This document shows, piece by piece, positions 25,977 through 39,070 of a stretch of 63,521 nt of DNA (positions within the stretch are counted from its first letter, which is position 1; every line of letters begins with the position of its first letter). Source of the DNA: Octopus bimaculoides (lineage: Eukaryota); contig NC_069001.1 of NCBI RefSeq assembly GCF_001194135.2, positions 26,648,653 to 26,712,173 on the forward strand, written 5' to 3'. Made by a program: the position numbers and the translations under genes. The notes under the pieces were generated by a model. It saw only the letters and a program-made list of their open reading frames with translations. It ran no database searches and was not told the DNA's origin.

Positions 25977-26482
25977 CACTCCCCTCTTTAACAGGAAGTA
26001 AACGAGATTACCTGTTTCGTACCATGCTAACTTCCTGTGTATATATTTGTTATCCATTTCACTTCTGCCAAAAGGTCGTTGACAAACGTTTATCTCGCCA
26101 CCTTCGGAAAATATGGTAAGTTCTCTCTCTTCATTATATTATAGGTATACATAACAGTTTTTTCTTCTTATTTTCTCATTCNNNNNNNNNNNNNNNNNNN
26201 NNNNNNNNNNNNNNNNNNNNNNNNNNNNNNNNNNNNNNNNNNNNNNNNNNNNNNNNNNNNNNNNNNNNNNNNNNNNNNNNNNNNNNNNNNNNNNNNNNNN
26301 NNNNNNNNNNNNNNNNNNNNNNNNNNNNNNNNNNNNNNNNNNNNNNNNNNNNNNNNNNNNNNNNNNNNNNNNNNNNNNNNNNNNNNNNNNNNNNNNNNNN
26401 NNNNNNNNNNNNNNNNNNNNNNNNNNNNNNNNNNNNNNNATAGGCTTATAATTATAAAATTTATATATATATGTGTATATAT

Positions 26483-26631
26483 ATAAATTGTTCAAACAGG
26501 GAAATTAATGTTCGAAAATTGAGATTATGTCCAGTCCTCAATGGTTTAAAGGTAGGTGGTGAACAGTCCGACCGTATGCAGCTCCGTCTCTCGTTTTGTT
26601 AGTATCTGCGCCAAGTCACTGCTGTCTTCTC
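26483..26631. repeat. Copy 2 of the diverged ~150-bp direct duplication
   Basis: Collinear with 25830-25976, with scattered substitutions and small indels. Confidence 0.92.
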
Positions 26632-26689
26632 AGATTCAGCTATGAACGTTCTGCATTTTCATGAGCATTGTGTATTTAGAAATATACAT

Positions 26690-26920
26690 AAAGGCGGCAA
26701 GCTGTCAGAAACGTTAGCACGCCGGGCGAAATGTTTAGCGGTATTTTGTCTGCCGCTACGTTCTGAATGAAAAATTCTGCCGAAGTCGACTTTGCCTTTC
26801 ATCCTTTCGGGGTCGATTAAATAAGTACCAGTTACGCATTGGGGTAGATATAATCGACTTAATCAGTTTGTCCTTGTTTGTCCCCTCTATGTTCAGCCCA
26901 TTGTGGGCAGTAAAGAAATA
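26690..26920 (+). mobile_element. SINE family A head and body with an alternative 3' tail
   Basis: Standard head and central domain, but the tail is tttgtccttgtttgtcccctctatgttcagccc.ttgtgggcagtaaagaaata rather than ggccttgtgcc. Confidence 0.9.
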
Positions 26921-27298
26921 TATATGAACTGCTCAATGTGGTATTTCTTTTTAAGAATGTATAGTGTTGTACCCTGACATATCATCTCCACTGTCTCTCT
27001 CTCTCTTCATCTTACTATTTCTCATTATTTCTATGTCAATATCTCTCTTCCTTTGCCTGTTTATTTTTTTACAACAACAAAACTAATTTCTGTTTTTCAG
27101 ACCTGTCTAGCCTCGTGCAATCACCTCTCAAATATTTCTTAAAAATTTCAAACCTATCATTCAATCAATCATCATCTATATTTTACCATTACTTCTCTTA
27201 TCCCTGCATTAACTACTAAACCTAATACTTCCTTCCCACGAATTCAGTCCTGAATGAATGTCTTCCCTACAATAATTTGTGTTTCTACAGCCGTAAAC

Positions 27299-27404
27299 TA
27301 GCAAGAGTTTAAGGAGAACGCTAAATGTAACAACCTCACTTTTTCCCCTCTAAGCATCTGTGAAAGCCACGGCCACAGACAAGTTCTCCTTAAACCACTT
27401 GGTA
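27299..27404. mobile_element. Small MITE-like element with ~22-bp imperfect terminal inverted repeats, TA at both ends
   Basis: Perfect core gtttaaggagaac (27307-27319) / gttctccttaaac (27383-27395), extended by tagcaaga / acttggta. Confidence 0.45.
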
Positions 27405-27449
27405 AACAATGTAAAAAAGACTAAAAAAAAACACTATGTCAGGCTTTTG

Positions 27450-27486
<37 letters not shown>

Positions 27487-27894
27487 AGACTAAATAAGCC
27501 GTTGCTTTACAAAGTGTTTCAGAAAATATAGGGAAAATATGAAAAGTACATAAAATATATTGTTTACATAGGCAGATTTTCTATTATAAATTTAACGGCC
27601 GTTTTGTATATAATACAGAAAAATGTAGTAATCATAAAAGAAATAATGATCTCCTGAAAATTGCTCTATTATTTCTTGCGGGTAGGATTAGAAGAGTATG
27701 TATAGATGTATTAATAATAGCTGTGTTTGTTGGGAAAAAGGCGTTCAGACTAGAATAATTATAGTGGAGACATTAATTTTACGCAGTGCAAGTTATTTGT
27801 TGACTACCATTTTTAAGTTTTAAAGTAGAACCAGAAAACGATGATTTTGGTTTTGAATTGTGCCCAACTCGTTCAAAACGTATAAATACATACA

Positions 27895-27951
<57 letters not shown>

Positions 27952-30196
27952 TGTATATATGTTTGCGTGTTGTTGTTTTTTGTGTGCATTTATGTATGTA
28001 TTATGTATGAATTTATCGACTGCAGCACACAAGAGAAACTACACTATTTTGGTTACAATAATTTATTGTGGTTTAGATTTTATATTCTAAAGTATAAGGA
28101 TTTTCTTTTTCCCTAACATCGTTAGTGCGCAAGGGTTGATCCAGAATCGGAATAAGCATTTTTGTAGTTCATAATCTTGAATATAATTTTGTATTTTATG
28201 AATATTTATTACTAACACAACGACATTCACATTCCCGTACTGATCTAAACAAGATATATGAGGATTTAAGGCCATATTAGCCACCAGAATATATTCACAG
28301 CTGCCAATAAAATTGAGGAATTTAAAATCAAAATCCATTTGTCATGATATTGTTTTCATAAAAGTTTCTGGATGTTTATTGTCTCCGTACCTAACTTTCT
28401 ATTTGTGTTATTGCATTGTTTCAGATTAGCTCTGATTAAGTTGGGGCTATGCTCACATACGTGCAGTTATAATAAATATTCTGTATAAGAGGTATTGTGA
28501 TTTAGTAACAATATATGCCCCTCTCTTTTTATGAGATATTATTAAGTGATTTGAAAAAAACTTTGACTACTATTTCAAGCGGAAGTAGAAAAGCGACGAC
28601 ACAATTTAATGCATCGACATGCATATTGTGGTTTCAGTATCGTCGGCAGTTCAGTCGTCATTTTTGCATCATTTGTTTTAAGTTCCGTTGTAGACTTCTG
28701 AAAATAAATGCAAAAATTGCAATAAATGGAATATTGTATTATCGTGTAACAGCACTGGTAAAATTAAGAATATACCAAATAAAATTTAAGAAGAAAATCA
28801 AAGCCAACGGCGCCAACATCCAGCAAGCGTGTACGCAAATCTGAGATGAATCTGGTGATTTCAGGAATGAATTAGTACAACTAGGCATATAGCAGCAAAG
28901 AAAGTTATCTTTCAACAAATCTAGTGACTAAACATATACAACGGAACTAACTGACGCTACAAGCTTTATTTTTGTTTATATACACTGACAGACATGTGTA
29001 CACATATGTTTGTATATACTTGCATGTATAATCATACACAAACGCACACACAGACAGAGGCATATAAACATTTGTAACGGATTCATTCTAAAAGCTGTAC
29101 ACGTGAGTATATATGGTAATTAGTTCCTAACAGCCGTAATATATATTAAAATACACAGGGAACATTCATGTGCAACCAAGAGTTGAAATTTTTCACGCTA
29201 AACATTTTTCTTTCCGACATTTACACCGTTGTACAAGTATAAAAACACCTCGACATATATAATACATTTACATGCCACATGCGGAAACGAATATGTAGTG
29301 TATGTATGCATATGTATATTTACGTGAGTGTTTGTATGGGAGTGAGTGAGTGTGTGTATGTGTGTGTTCTCCGTTCTTGTTTGCACAGGAACTTGGAAAT
29401 CTGTGTGCTTTCACACTTGCCGTGTGGTGTGTTTGCGAGACGATTGAGCAAATCTAAGACGTGCATACTTGTTTAAATATGTCCTGAAGCTACATTATGT
29501 GTCATATCTAAAACGAGAATTCTTTCTCGTGGCAAAAGGCTAAATTTTCATTGAGAATACACATTTCGCTAGGAATCCCACGATCGTGTCGATAAACTCC
29601 CAGCAACTATTTGTCCATAACGACAGAATATATGGCCGTTTTGATTGACGGGTAATTTCAGATCAAATCCAAGAGACCCAGAGATATATCTGCAATTCAT
29701 AATAATCTACGATCTAGCGACCCTCGCAATTAGAGAAAATGTGTTGTTATCGCCTAAATACGTCATCATCGTTAAAAAGAAAGTTCCTTTTTTACCGATC
29801 ACAATAAAATATATCTTGGTAGAACAATATACAACCTACTTGAAAATATTCGTCAATATGCTTTTGTATGTATATATGTGTGCATACATGTATGAATATG
29901 ACTACACAGTACACACACCACTGGCACACACTCACACACACACGCACAAAAACACACACTAGCACACCTATATATACGCACATATATGTAAAAGTAATTT
30001 ACACAGAAACACATACATATGTCCATAAATAACTTTAAATTTGGATATACACTTGTAGCATGCAGCTTAGAGCCTGTTCTATGTATTCGGTTACCTGATG
30101 TCTTCATCAGTGTGGATAAAAAGGCTATTGTGTTTACTGGAAGTATTACTTCGTGTCAATAACATAGAGTATATAGCATATGAGGGAAAGAGAAAG

Positions 30197-30273
30197 ATGG
30201 AATTCACGAGATTATTAATACTCGGTCGTTCGAAAGGATCTTAATGATTAACGAAGAATCTCGTGAATTCCAT
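30197..30273. other. Hairpin with a perfect 17-bp stem
   Basis: atggaattcacgagatt (30197-30213) / aatctcgtgaattccat (30257-30273). Confidence 0.9.
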
Positions 30274-30300
30274 GTCAGTTTCTATTTCTGAAATATGTCC

Positions 30301-30337
<37 letters not shown>

Positions 30338-31328
30338 ACAGAGAAAGTAAGGCAACACCGTGTCACATTTTAGTTTGGAATACGTTAGAGAAACGATATT
30401 TATTCATGTTAGAATGAGATTACATACACTTATTTTCGAGATTTTGTTTCAATATCCACTTTGGTATCAATATAAATGATGGAACAGACACATTTTCAGT
30501 TGCTGTAATATCTACAGAGGGACACATGCTACTATCTCTAAAATAGCTATGTTAGATAAGGAAGTGTTCAGTTGATGGCAAATGTGAAAGGGATGGCATT
30601 TCCTTATGATTTAATATCTAAGGAAACATCTCAAACACTGCCGTTTGTATAAATTATGAAATATAACGAATCATATAGTACATATACCATCGCAAGTTAT
30701 TCTATCCTTGATCACAACCGTTCGACGAACGGGAACGTGAAATTCTGAGGAACAGTTTTTGTATTTTTGCGGCTTTCAGAAATATATATATGAATGTATG
30801 TATTTGTACGTGTGTGTTAAAGATGGCGATGTTACAAAAACTTTTATATTATAGTTTAAAATGAGTCGCAAGTGTGCTTTGTTGGGAAGTCGATAATTGT
30901 AAGTCAAATCGGTGCAAATATTGAAATTCTATCGACCTGATTTTTATAAGAAATGTATTTATTTTAGCAAATAAGGACTACACGCAAGGAAGCGCCCGCA
31001 CACACACAAAGACACACAGAATCACAACGAGAGAAGGGCAGAGACGAACGTACATGATCGTATCTAAGCACATAAATGAATACATATAGAACTGGATATC
31101 ACTTTAAATATATATATAAGGAAAGAAAGAGGTCGGGAGAGTTAGAGGAAGTTGAGAATTCAAATACAAAATCTAGAAATTTAATCTATTTATAACTTGT
31201 ATCTTTTTAATGTCGAGCAACACTCCGCCAACTTGTCTCACTGTAGAAAACAACGTTTGAAGACGAAAATGATCATTCATGACCCTACGGCTGATATTTA
31301 CTTCACCACAGCCATTCAAGTCCTATCA

Positions 31329-31374
<46 letters not shown>

Positions 31375-31801
31375 NNNNNNNNNNNNNNNNNNNNNNNNNN
31401 NNNNNNNNNNNNNNNNNNNNNNNNNNNNNNNNNNNNNNNNNNNNNNNNNNNNNNNNNNNNNNNNNNNNNNNNNNNNNNNNNNNNNNNNNNNNNNNNNNNN
31501 NNNNNNNNNNNNNNNNNNNNNNNNNNNNNNNNNNNNNTTGAAATAGTCACGATATTGACGTATTACGCTAAGAGTAATGGCATCAGATTTGAAATAAAGT
31601 AGCTGCAACAAAATTTACGAACGCAAAATGAATTTTCGTATTTTGACCTTTCTTTTTACGTACTTATTTCACCCAGAGAGAGAAAAAAAAAAGATCTCTG
31701 AATTTTAGATAATTTATACATTCTTTCGTCTTTTTTTATTCCTCAAACCACATTTATATCATCATCATTTTGCGTACATGCACACAAACAAAAACGCAAA
31801 G

Positions 31802-31852
<51 letters not shown>

Positions 31853-32634
31853 CACGTAGATAGATGGATAGATAAATATATATATATATACGTAGATAGA
31901 TGGATAGATAAATACATTTATATACATATATATTTGAGTATATAAATGCATATATGCGTGTGTTATATACATACATGAATACATACATATCTATTAACAT
32001 GTTTGTATCTATGTGTAAATGTGTGTGTGTGTGTGTATATATATATATGTATTTATATGCGTTTGTATATATATACATATATATATATATATATACAGTA
32101 GTATACACACATCAATAGATACTGATTTATTTGCAGGTGAAATATGCGAAATACTTGTTAAAAGTTGGACTGCACGTGATAGTTACATTCCAAAGAGAAT
32201 ATATTTTGAAAGAGTAAAACGATTTGTTGAAATTGACACCTTCAAAATATTCTTTGAAGAAATTTCAGAGGATAATGATAGCGTAAATTTAAATCATGAA
32301 TAGTTTATTTTCGCTTATGTTATTCTGTTTAGTTTCTTATTTAAATATTGATCTAAGCTGAGTGTTGAAACATATTCCCCAAGTAACCAGTAGAGGCATA
32401 ACAACAAATTCTGCTACTGCTACAATGAACTTCACTATAAAATATATAAGAATGATAAAACTAAAGAGGAATGAAAGAAACAAAAACGAAACAGTTATAC
32501 TTTTCAAAAAGCACTTTCTCAAACTGACAAGAGATGAAGAGAAGTTGAGAAATGTGTATACTCTCTATATCTGTGTGTGTGTCTCTCTCTCTCTCTCTCT
32601 CTCTCCCTTTCTCTCTCTCTCTTTCTTTCTCTCG

Positions 32635-32761
<127 letters not shown>

Positions 32762-33794
32762 TAAGGGTGAATGTATGAGCATATATATGTAATACACATA
32801 CATGCATATATATACACACTCACATGTGCACATTCTTATATTCAAACAAGCAGTTACAGAAATATATATATGTTTATGTATCATTTTGTTTATATCCTAA
32901 AATTAATTTATAGTTCTATGTTGTTTTCTAAATTAGCATTTCAAGGTTACGAAGATTATTATGACGAAGAAGTTTAGCACTGATCTTTTCCCATCTATGA
33001 TGTTTACATTAACCTTTAATAGACGTGTGTTATGTAAATCATTTTATATTCAATCCACTCCTCTGCAGTCAATTACGTTTCAGATTCTCTGCATGGATTG
33101 TCTTTAAAATTTCAGTTTTCCAATCTTCCTTTGAATTCCTTGTGTATTCAACCTGTTTAATAATAATCCTTCGTATGTTTCCGGGTTAAGAAATGTTTTA
33201 AAAAATCAGTTTCAGTCATATTTGAGCGATTCTTTTGACTGCATTCTGACAATAGAAGCATTGTTAGAATAATATTATTTCCTTCAGTGAAAAGGAACGT
33301 TAATAATAATAATAATAATAAAATGAATATCAAACTGATAGTTAATTATTACTTGGAAGTATAAAAACACACGAACTGTAAAGTATGAACAGAAAGTTTC
33401 ATCATTCGTACAGTAAAGATAAAAGTTTCGTTAGAGAAACCTAATTATAAACAAATTTCGATCTTTGATTGACACCATTTCTATTGTGTCAATAATACGG
33501 TTTTAAGAGAATTTTGATAATTATAATGCACCATTTTTTCCGTCTAAATTTATAGTCATTTATAAAGAAGAAAAATAAACGAATACTATCTCAAATTATT
33601 GAGGCGCTGCAAAGAGAACAGTAAAATTCGCGTAAAATGCAGACATGTTACAGTTTGAAAAACTGTTTAACTCTCACTAAGTTAAAGCCATGAAAGATTT
33701 ACTGTTAAGACTAGACTATGATAAAATGATGCCGAAATTTACTGTTTCACAAAAACATAAAATATGGATAAGAATGTGTAAACGGTATTTTGGT

Positions 33795-33958
33795 GGCAGT
33801 TCGTCCGTCTTCAGTTCTCAGTTCAAATTCCTCCAAGGTCGAGTTTGCCTGTCATCATTTCAGGGTCGATAAATTAAGTCCCAGTAGATTACTGAGATCA
33901 GCTTGTCCCCCACCCCCCAAAAAAAAATTCACGTCGTGTGCCCTTAATAGAAAGATTA
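33795..33958 (+). mobile_element. SINE family A, 5'-truncated
   Basis: gttctcagttcaaattcctccaaggtcgagtttgcctgtcatcatttcagggtcgataaattaagt...tgtgcccttaatagaaagattat. Confidence 0.85.
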
Positions 33959-35080
33959 TATCTTGTGTTTTGCTTTTTGTTTTTGGTTTTTCAGTTTAGA
34001 TTGGAAAAATCTAGTCTCCAAACGCACAAACTTTGCAAAGTCAGTAGGTGTGTGCATTCAAGACTGCATTTACTAGAGTGGTCCGAATCCGATAGTTTGT
34101 GAAATGAATGATATTATTCCTATTAATTGTAGGCCAAGCAACGCATACAGGATTGTCTAATTCGCAACTTGTGAGATTTTGTTATATGATTTAAAATGAC
34201 TGATGCGCAAATCGATTTGAATGATGTTAAAACTGGAATATAAATGTATTTATCTTGTGTTGTCTTTCACACACACACACACACACACTCACACACAAAC
34301 TGTCACAAAAACACTCACACCCACTTAAACTGTCACACACACACACACATATACATATGCATATATTATACTAGGAACTGTATATATCGAGAATAATGTC
34401 TCATTATTTTGTTTGACAACAAATTAGAAAAAAAGCTTTTCGTAGAAATTAGTGCAATTTGCGACAAATTTTCCGTTCTGAATGATAAGTTAATTAATGA
34501 GAAAAATGACAAAACGCATTTACATCAAAAGACAGAAAGAAAAGGCAGACGGCTATTAAATGAGCATAAATATTTGTCATTAAATCTGTTTAACATTTAA
34601 TTTGTTGTTTACCTCACGTAATTGTAAATTAGACTCACAGCTGACATCAATATGTTCGTATACATGCACATATAAAGAGTGAAACGCATACAAACTATTA
34701 AATATATTTGCATTCCCTCCATACACTCGCGAACGCACGCACACACAAACAAATACACACATAACCTTGATACTTGATAACGAAGAAGTGAGTGGAGATA
34801 TTTTCCACATCCAAAAACTTTATTTAAAAGTTTTCACAGAATATACATCTGACCTACATATGTTTCAACTGCAGCGGCTGCACATTAATTTCTATGCAAT
34901 TATATGCAGCTGTAATACCAGCAGGGGTGATTATAAGACCATCATTTCCTCGAATATAAATATTAACGCTAGTATCTTTAACCAAATACCAACGCAGAAC
35001 ATTTGTTGGACCCTTAATGGAATTGCAACGAATAGAATGCCTATTTGCATACAAAGCAATGTGCAGTTGCTGCCTCCGAT

Positions 35081-35484
35081 GAGTGACTGTGTGGTAAGTA
35101 GCTTTCTTACGAATTACATGGTTCCGGGTTCAGTCCCACTGTGTGGCACCTTGGGCAAGTGTCTTCTACTATAGCCTCGGGTCGACCAAAGCCTTCTGAG
35201 TGGATTTCGTAGAAGGAAACTGGAAGAAGCCCGTCGTATATATATATATATATTTATATGTGTATGTGTGTATATGTTTGTCTGTCTGTGTTTGTCCCCC
35301 CCGCCGCACATCGTTTGACAACCGATGCTGGTGTGTTTACGTCCCCGTAACTGAGCGCTTCGGCAAAAGAGACCGATAGAAAAAGTACTAGGCTTATAAA
35401 GAATGTCCTAGGATCGATTTGCTCGACTAAAGGCGGTGCTCCAGCATGGCCGCAACCAAATAATTGATACAAGTAAAGAGTAAA
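35081..35484 (+). mobile_element. SINE family C (CORE-like) full length, with internal (TA)/(TG) microsatellite
   Basis: gactgtgtggtaag A box, ggttcagtccca B box, ggcaccttgggcaagtgtcttctactatagcc CORE-like block, 3' aggcggtgctccagcatggccgca and a short repetitive tail. Confidence 0.92.
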
Positions 35485-35754
35485 GGCCAGACGTATATGC
35501 TGTAGAAAATTGAAGTTTAAATATTAAAGTTTTTGGATGTGAAAAAAATCTCCACCTCCTCTTCATTATCAACGTTAATACTCTACGGAATTCTTGCAGT
35601 ACTGAATAGGAACGCAGAATTAACCAACGGGTGAAGATTACCACTATAACTTTTAGTGCGTGAGTACTGTATAATGGACCGTTGTGAATAGAAGGCATCT
35701 AAACCAATTTGAGAGAAAATTGCCAGGATAAATAATACCTTATATCCTACACAA

Positions 35755-35895
<141 letters not shown>

Positions 35896-36914
35896 AATAG
35901 TTGTTCACAAAATTGGTTCTGAGTTTGAAACTGCATATGGATCCTAAAAAGAATTGTAGGACTTCTTTTCCAACTAATCATTTATTAAAATACCATAGGT
36001 AAATAATGAATAATTAAAATAGAAGAATCATTAAAGAAAGATAGAATACATAATAAAAAAAAAAAAGTTTCATAGCGATCAAACATGGCGAAAAATCAAA
36101 TGTGCAATAGGCTAAATAGCAAAAATTCCTAACTAATAGTTTGAGCTGCGCATTAGAAATTCTGTTGATTCACCCGATAAATAAATTTTACTTAACATAA
36201 ATGAACATTGGCATGCTTATAGTTGTATAAGTTTCGATTATATATTTGCTATATCAGAGTTAATCTAAAAACGAACAGCAGCATTAGTTCGCACCACTTT
36301 CTCCACACATTCAAATATGTCACAGGAATAAACACTTTATAGTTTGTAGTATATCTTCAATATAAGTGTAATAGCGGTTAAAACTGTTTCTTCGGTTCAT
36401 AGAATAAGTAAACTTTTCTTCTGATCAGTACCATAAATCAACTTGACCTTAAGAAATAACGTGAGATATCAACTTGATATAAACTCTATTGCATGTGCTT
36501 ACTTTCCATTAATATATCCCAGCAATTGCTGAAAACTAGTAACACATAAATCAGCGATGAGACCCGCGAGCAGTCATTAGATCGGCTAAATATGACAGCT
36601 TAATTTTGCTGAAGCATCATAACGAAGGCTGATATGGTTAACGATTAGTTGCCATCTGGGTATAAAGAAAAGTAAGCAAATGGCAAATGTTGGAAGAAAT
36701 ATTTCTGGATAAGTGACATGCATGATTTCCAAAATTTATACAAAAATCTTTATTGTATATTTATCACCTGTTCTCTAACTGCTTAGATCTCCGAATCATT
36801 TTGATGCAAAATTTGCACAAACAACTTTGTAATTTCTCAAAGGTGTACGAACATTCATGTAAAGAATTGTCGGTTTGTTATTCTACCGTCTCAGCCAGAC
36901 ATCTAATATCTGTT

Positions 36915-37120
36915 CTAATATTGGCACATGGCCTGAAGCTTTGGAAGTAAGGGCCATTGGATTACACATAACCCACTGCTCAACTGACACTATATCTTCG
37001 AACTCGATAGGAAGAAAGACAAACTCGCAACAGCGGAATTTGCACTCAAAATGTAAAGACGGTCGAAATGTCGCCAAGTATTCTACTTGGTGTGCTGACT
37101 GTTCTACCAGCTCGCCACCT
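36915..37120 (-). mobile_element. SINE family A, degenerate full length
   Basis: ggcacatggcctgaagc tail and gcggaatttgcactc...gttctaccagctcgccacctt head, reverse complemented. Confidence 0.8.
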
Positions 37121-37139
37121 TTCCAGACACTAAGCATCC

Positions 37140-37300
37140 TTTTCTACTCTAGGCACAAGGCCCAACATTTTTGGGGAAGGAGCCAGTCGATCAGAAAAGA
37201 TGAAAGGCAAAGTAGACACTCGACGGATTTTGAACTCAGAACATAAAGACGGACAAAATACTGCGAAGCATTTCGCCCGGCGTGCTAACCTTTCGCCGCT
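37140..37300 (-). mobile_element. Internally deleted SINE family A with a 20-bp TSD
   Basis: tttccagacactaagcatcc (37120-37139) and tttccagacactaagtatcc (37301-37320) flank it. Confidence 0.9.
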
Positions 37301-37652
37301 TTTCCAGACACTAAGTATCCACTAGCATTAAGTACATTTATAATTGCTGTCAGCAAATTAATAATATATGTATTTTATCAGTCTGGCAGAGTTATGAGTA
37401 GAACTTTTGGGTTTCAATACGATCTTCAATTCCATAATGTCAATCATTTTACTGGCATTTATTTCTTCAATCCGAGTCAGAAATAGAATCTCTAAAAATA
37501 TAAATTTATTTTATAGCGTTTATTACTTTTGCTTCCCATCATCTCTCTCTATTTTCTTCTCTGAGTACTTGATTGAAAAATAAAACATTTATTTTCTTTC
37601 ACAATTCCACCATTTTCTATTATTATGTAAAACAATACTCGAAAGTTTATAT

Positions 37653-37686
<34 letters not shown>

Positions 37687-37721
37687 GACACACACACACA
37701 CACTTACTCCCACACTTAAGA

Positions 37722-37792
37722 TACATATATCGAAATATTATATATATATACATATATCGAAATATTATATATATACATATTTCCGAATATTA
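37722..37792. repeat. ~25-bp AT-rich tandem repeat, about 3 copies
   Basis: catatatcgaaatattatatatata repeated. Confidence 0.8.
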
Positions 37793-38586
37793 TATTATAT
37801 ATATATATATATATATTTGCGTGTGTGCATATATATACGTATATTTATATATATACAAGCAGAGTAGATATACGTATCTCTCTCTCCTCGTATAAATATG
37901 TGCGTGTATGTATGTGTGAGTTTGTGCATGTATCCATGTATGCATTTATTTATGTACACAAACGCACATCTACACATGCGTAATATGAAATAATTCCATT
38001 TGATGAACAAGACTCCTGAGAGTGCCAGAGTGCAGGTTCGTTTTCTTATTTAATCAAATTTACTTCAAAGAAACTTGATAAGATTCGAAATTCTAATCAA
38101 GATCGATAGCTTATATCAATATCGTACACACAAACCCATTTACACATAGCCCTAGTGAAGCACTCAAAATGCCATTTGTATGTATGTGTGTATGAATGCA
38201 TACATACATACATATCTGTGTACGTATTTATATATATATATATTTATATATACACACGACATTACAGATGCATTATTAGGGGCTAAGTTTACCACGGATT
38301 ATCTCAGAAATGTAATGCAGTGATTGTGGAGAGAGAATAAATGAGTTATTAAGTGTGCTACATTTATAAATTCGTTTAACCGAGTAATATGTCAGTTACT
38401 CGATGATAGTTTTCAATAAATTTTATGCTGTAGGAACGCCATAGAATGTAAGCTTGTGTGTCGGCTGATCTCTCCTTATATTTGTATCCTTAGTGCATTT
38501 AATATAATTTCAGTCATTAATTTTAATTATATTTTATCCTGAATTACTTTCAAATAAATCTGGTTATATATATTTATATATGTATA

Positions 38587-38623
<37 letters not shown>

Positions 38624-38894
38624 TGTCATACATGTAGAAAGCAATTTAGCTCAAGAAACACCAGCTCCAATCATTTGATAATTTAAAAGAGTACAAAAAA
38701 TATAGGAAGCACTGGTTTTACATTTGACTTAAAGAAATGCTTAATATATTCATTTTCAAAATCTTCTTCCTCATCATAATCACCAGTAGAGTCCGCAGCA
38801 GTAACCACAACAGCATCACATTTAAAGTCTTCTTTGTGTGTGTGTTTGTGTGTGCTTCCCAGAGAAGAGTACATAGACAGTATCGTAAACGAGC

Positions 38895-39070
38895 CCCACA
38901 AAACGCTGAGCGGCATTTCTTTTAGCTATACGCTCTGAGATCAAATGCCGCTAGGGTAGTCTTTGCTTTTCATCCTGTTGTGATCGATTAAATAAATACG
39001 TATGGAGCAGTGGGTTTTAATGTAGTCGACTTAACTCTAAATTTGCTTACCCTGAAGCAAAATTTGAATC
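38895..39070 (+). mobile_element. SINE family A, degenerate
   Basis: tacgctctgagatcaaatgccgctagggtagtctttgcttttcatcctgttgtgatcgattaaaataa. Confidence 0.75.

Noticed and set aside
25830-26631. TRIM or solo-LTR interpretation of the direct repeat
   Set aside because: No primer-binding site after copy 1, no polypurine tract before copy 2, and no TSD found.
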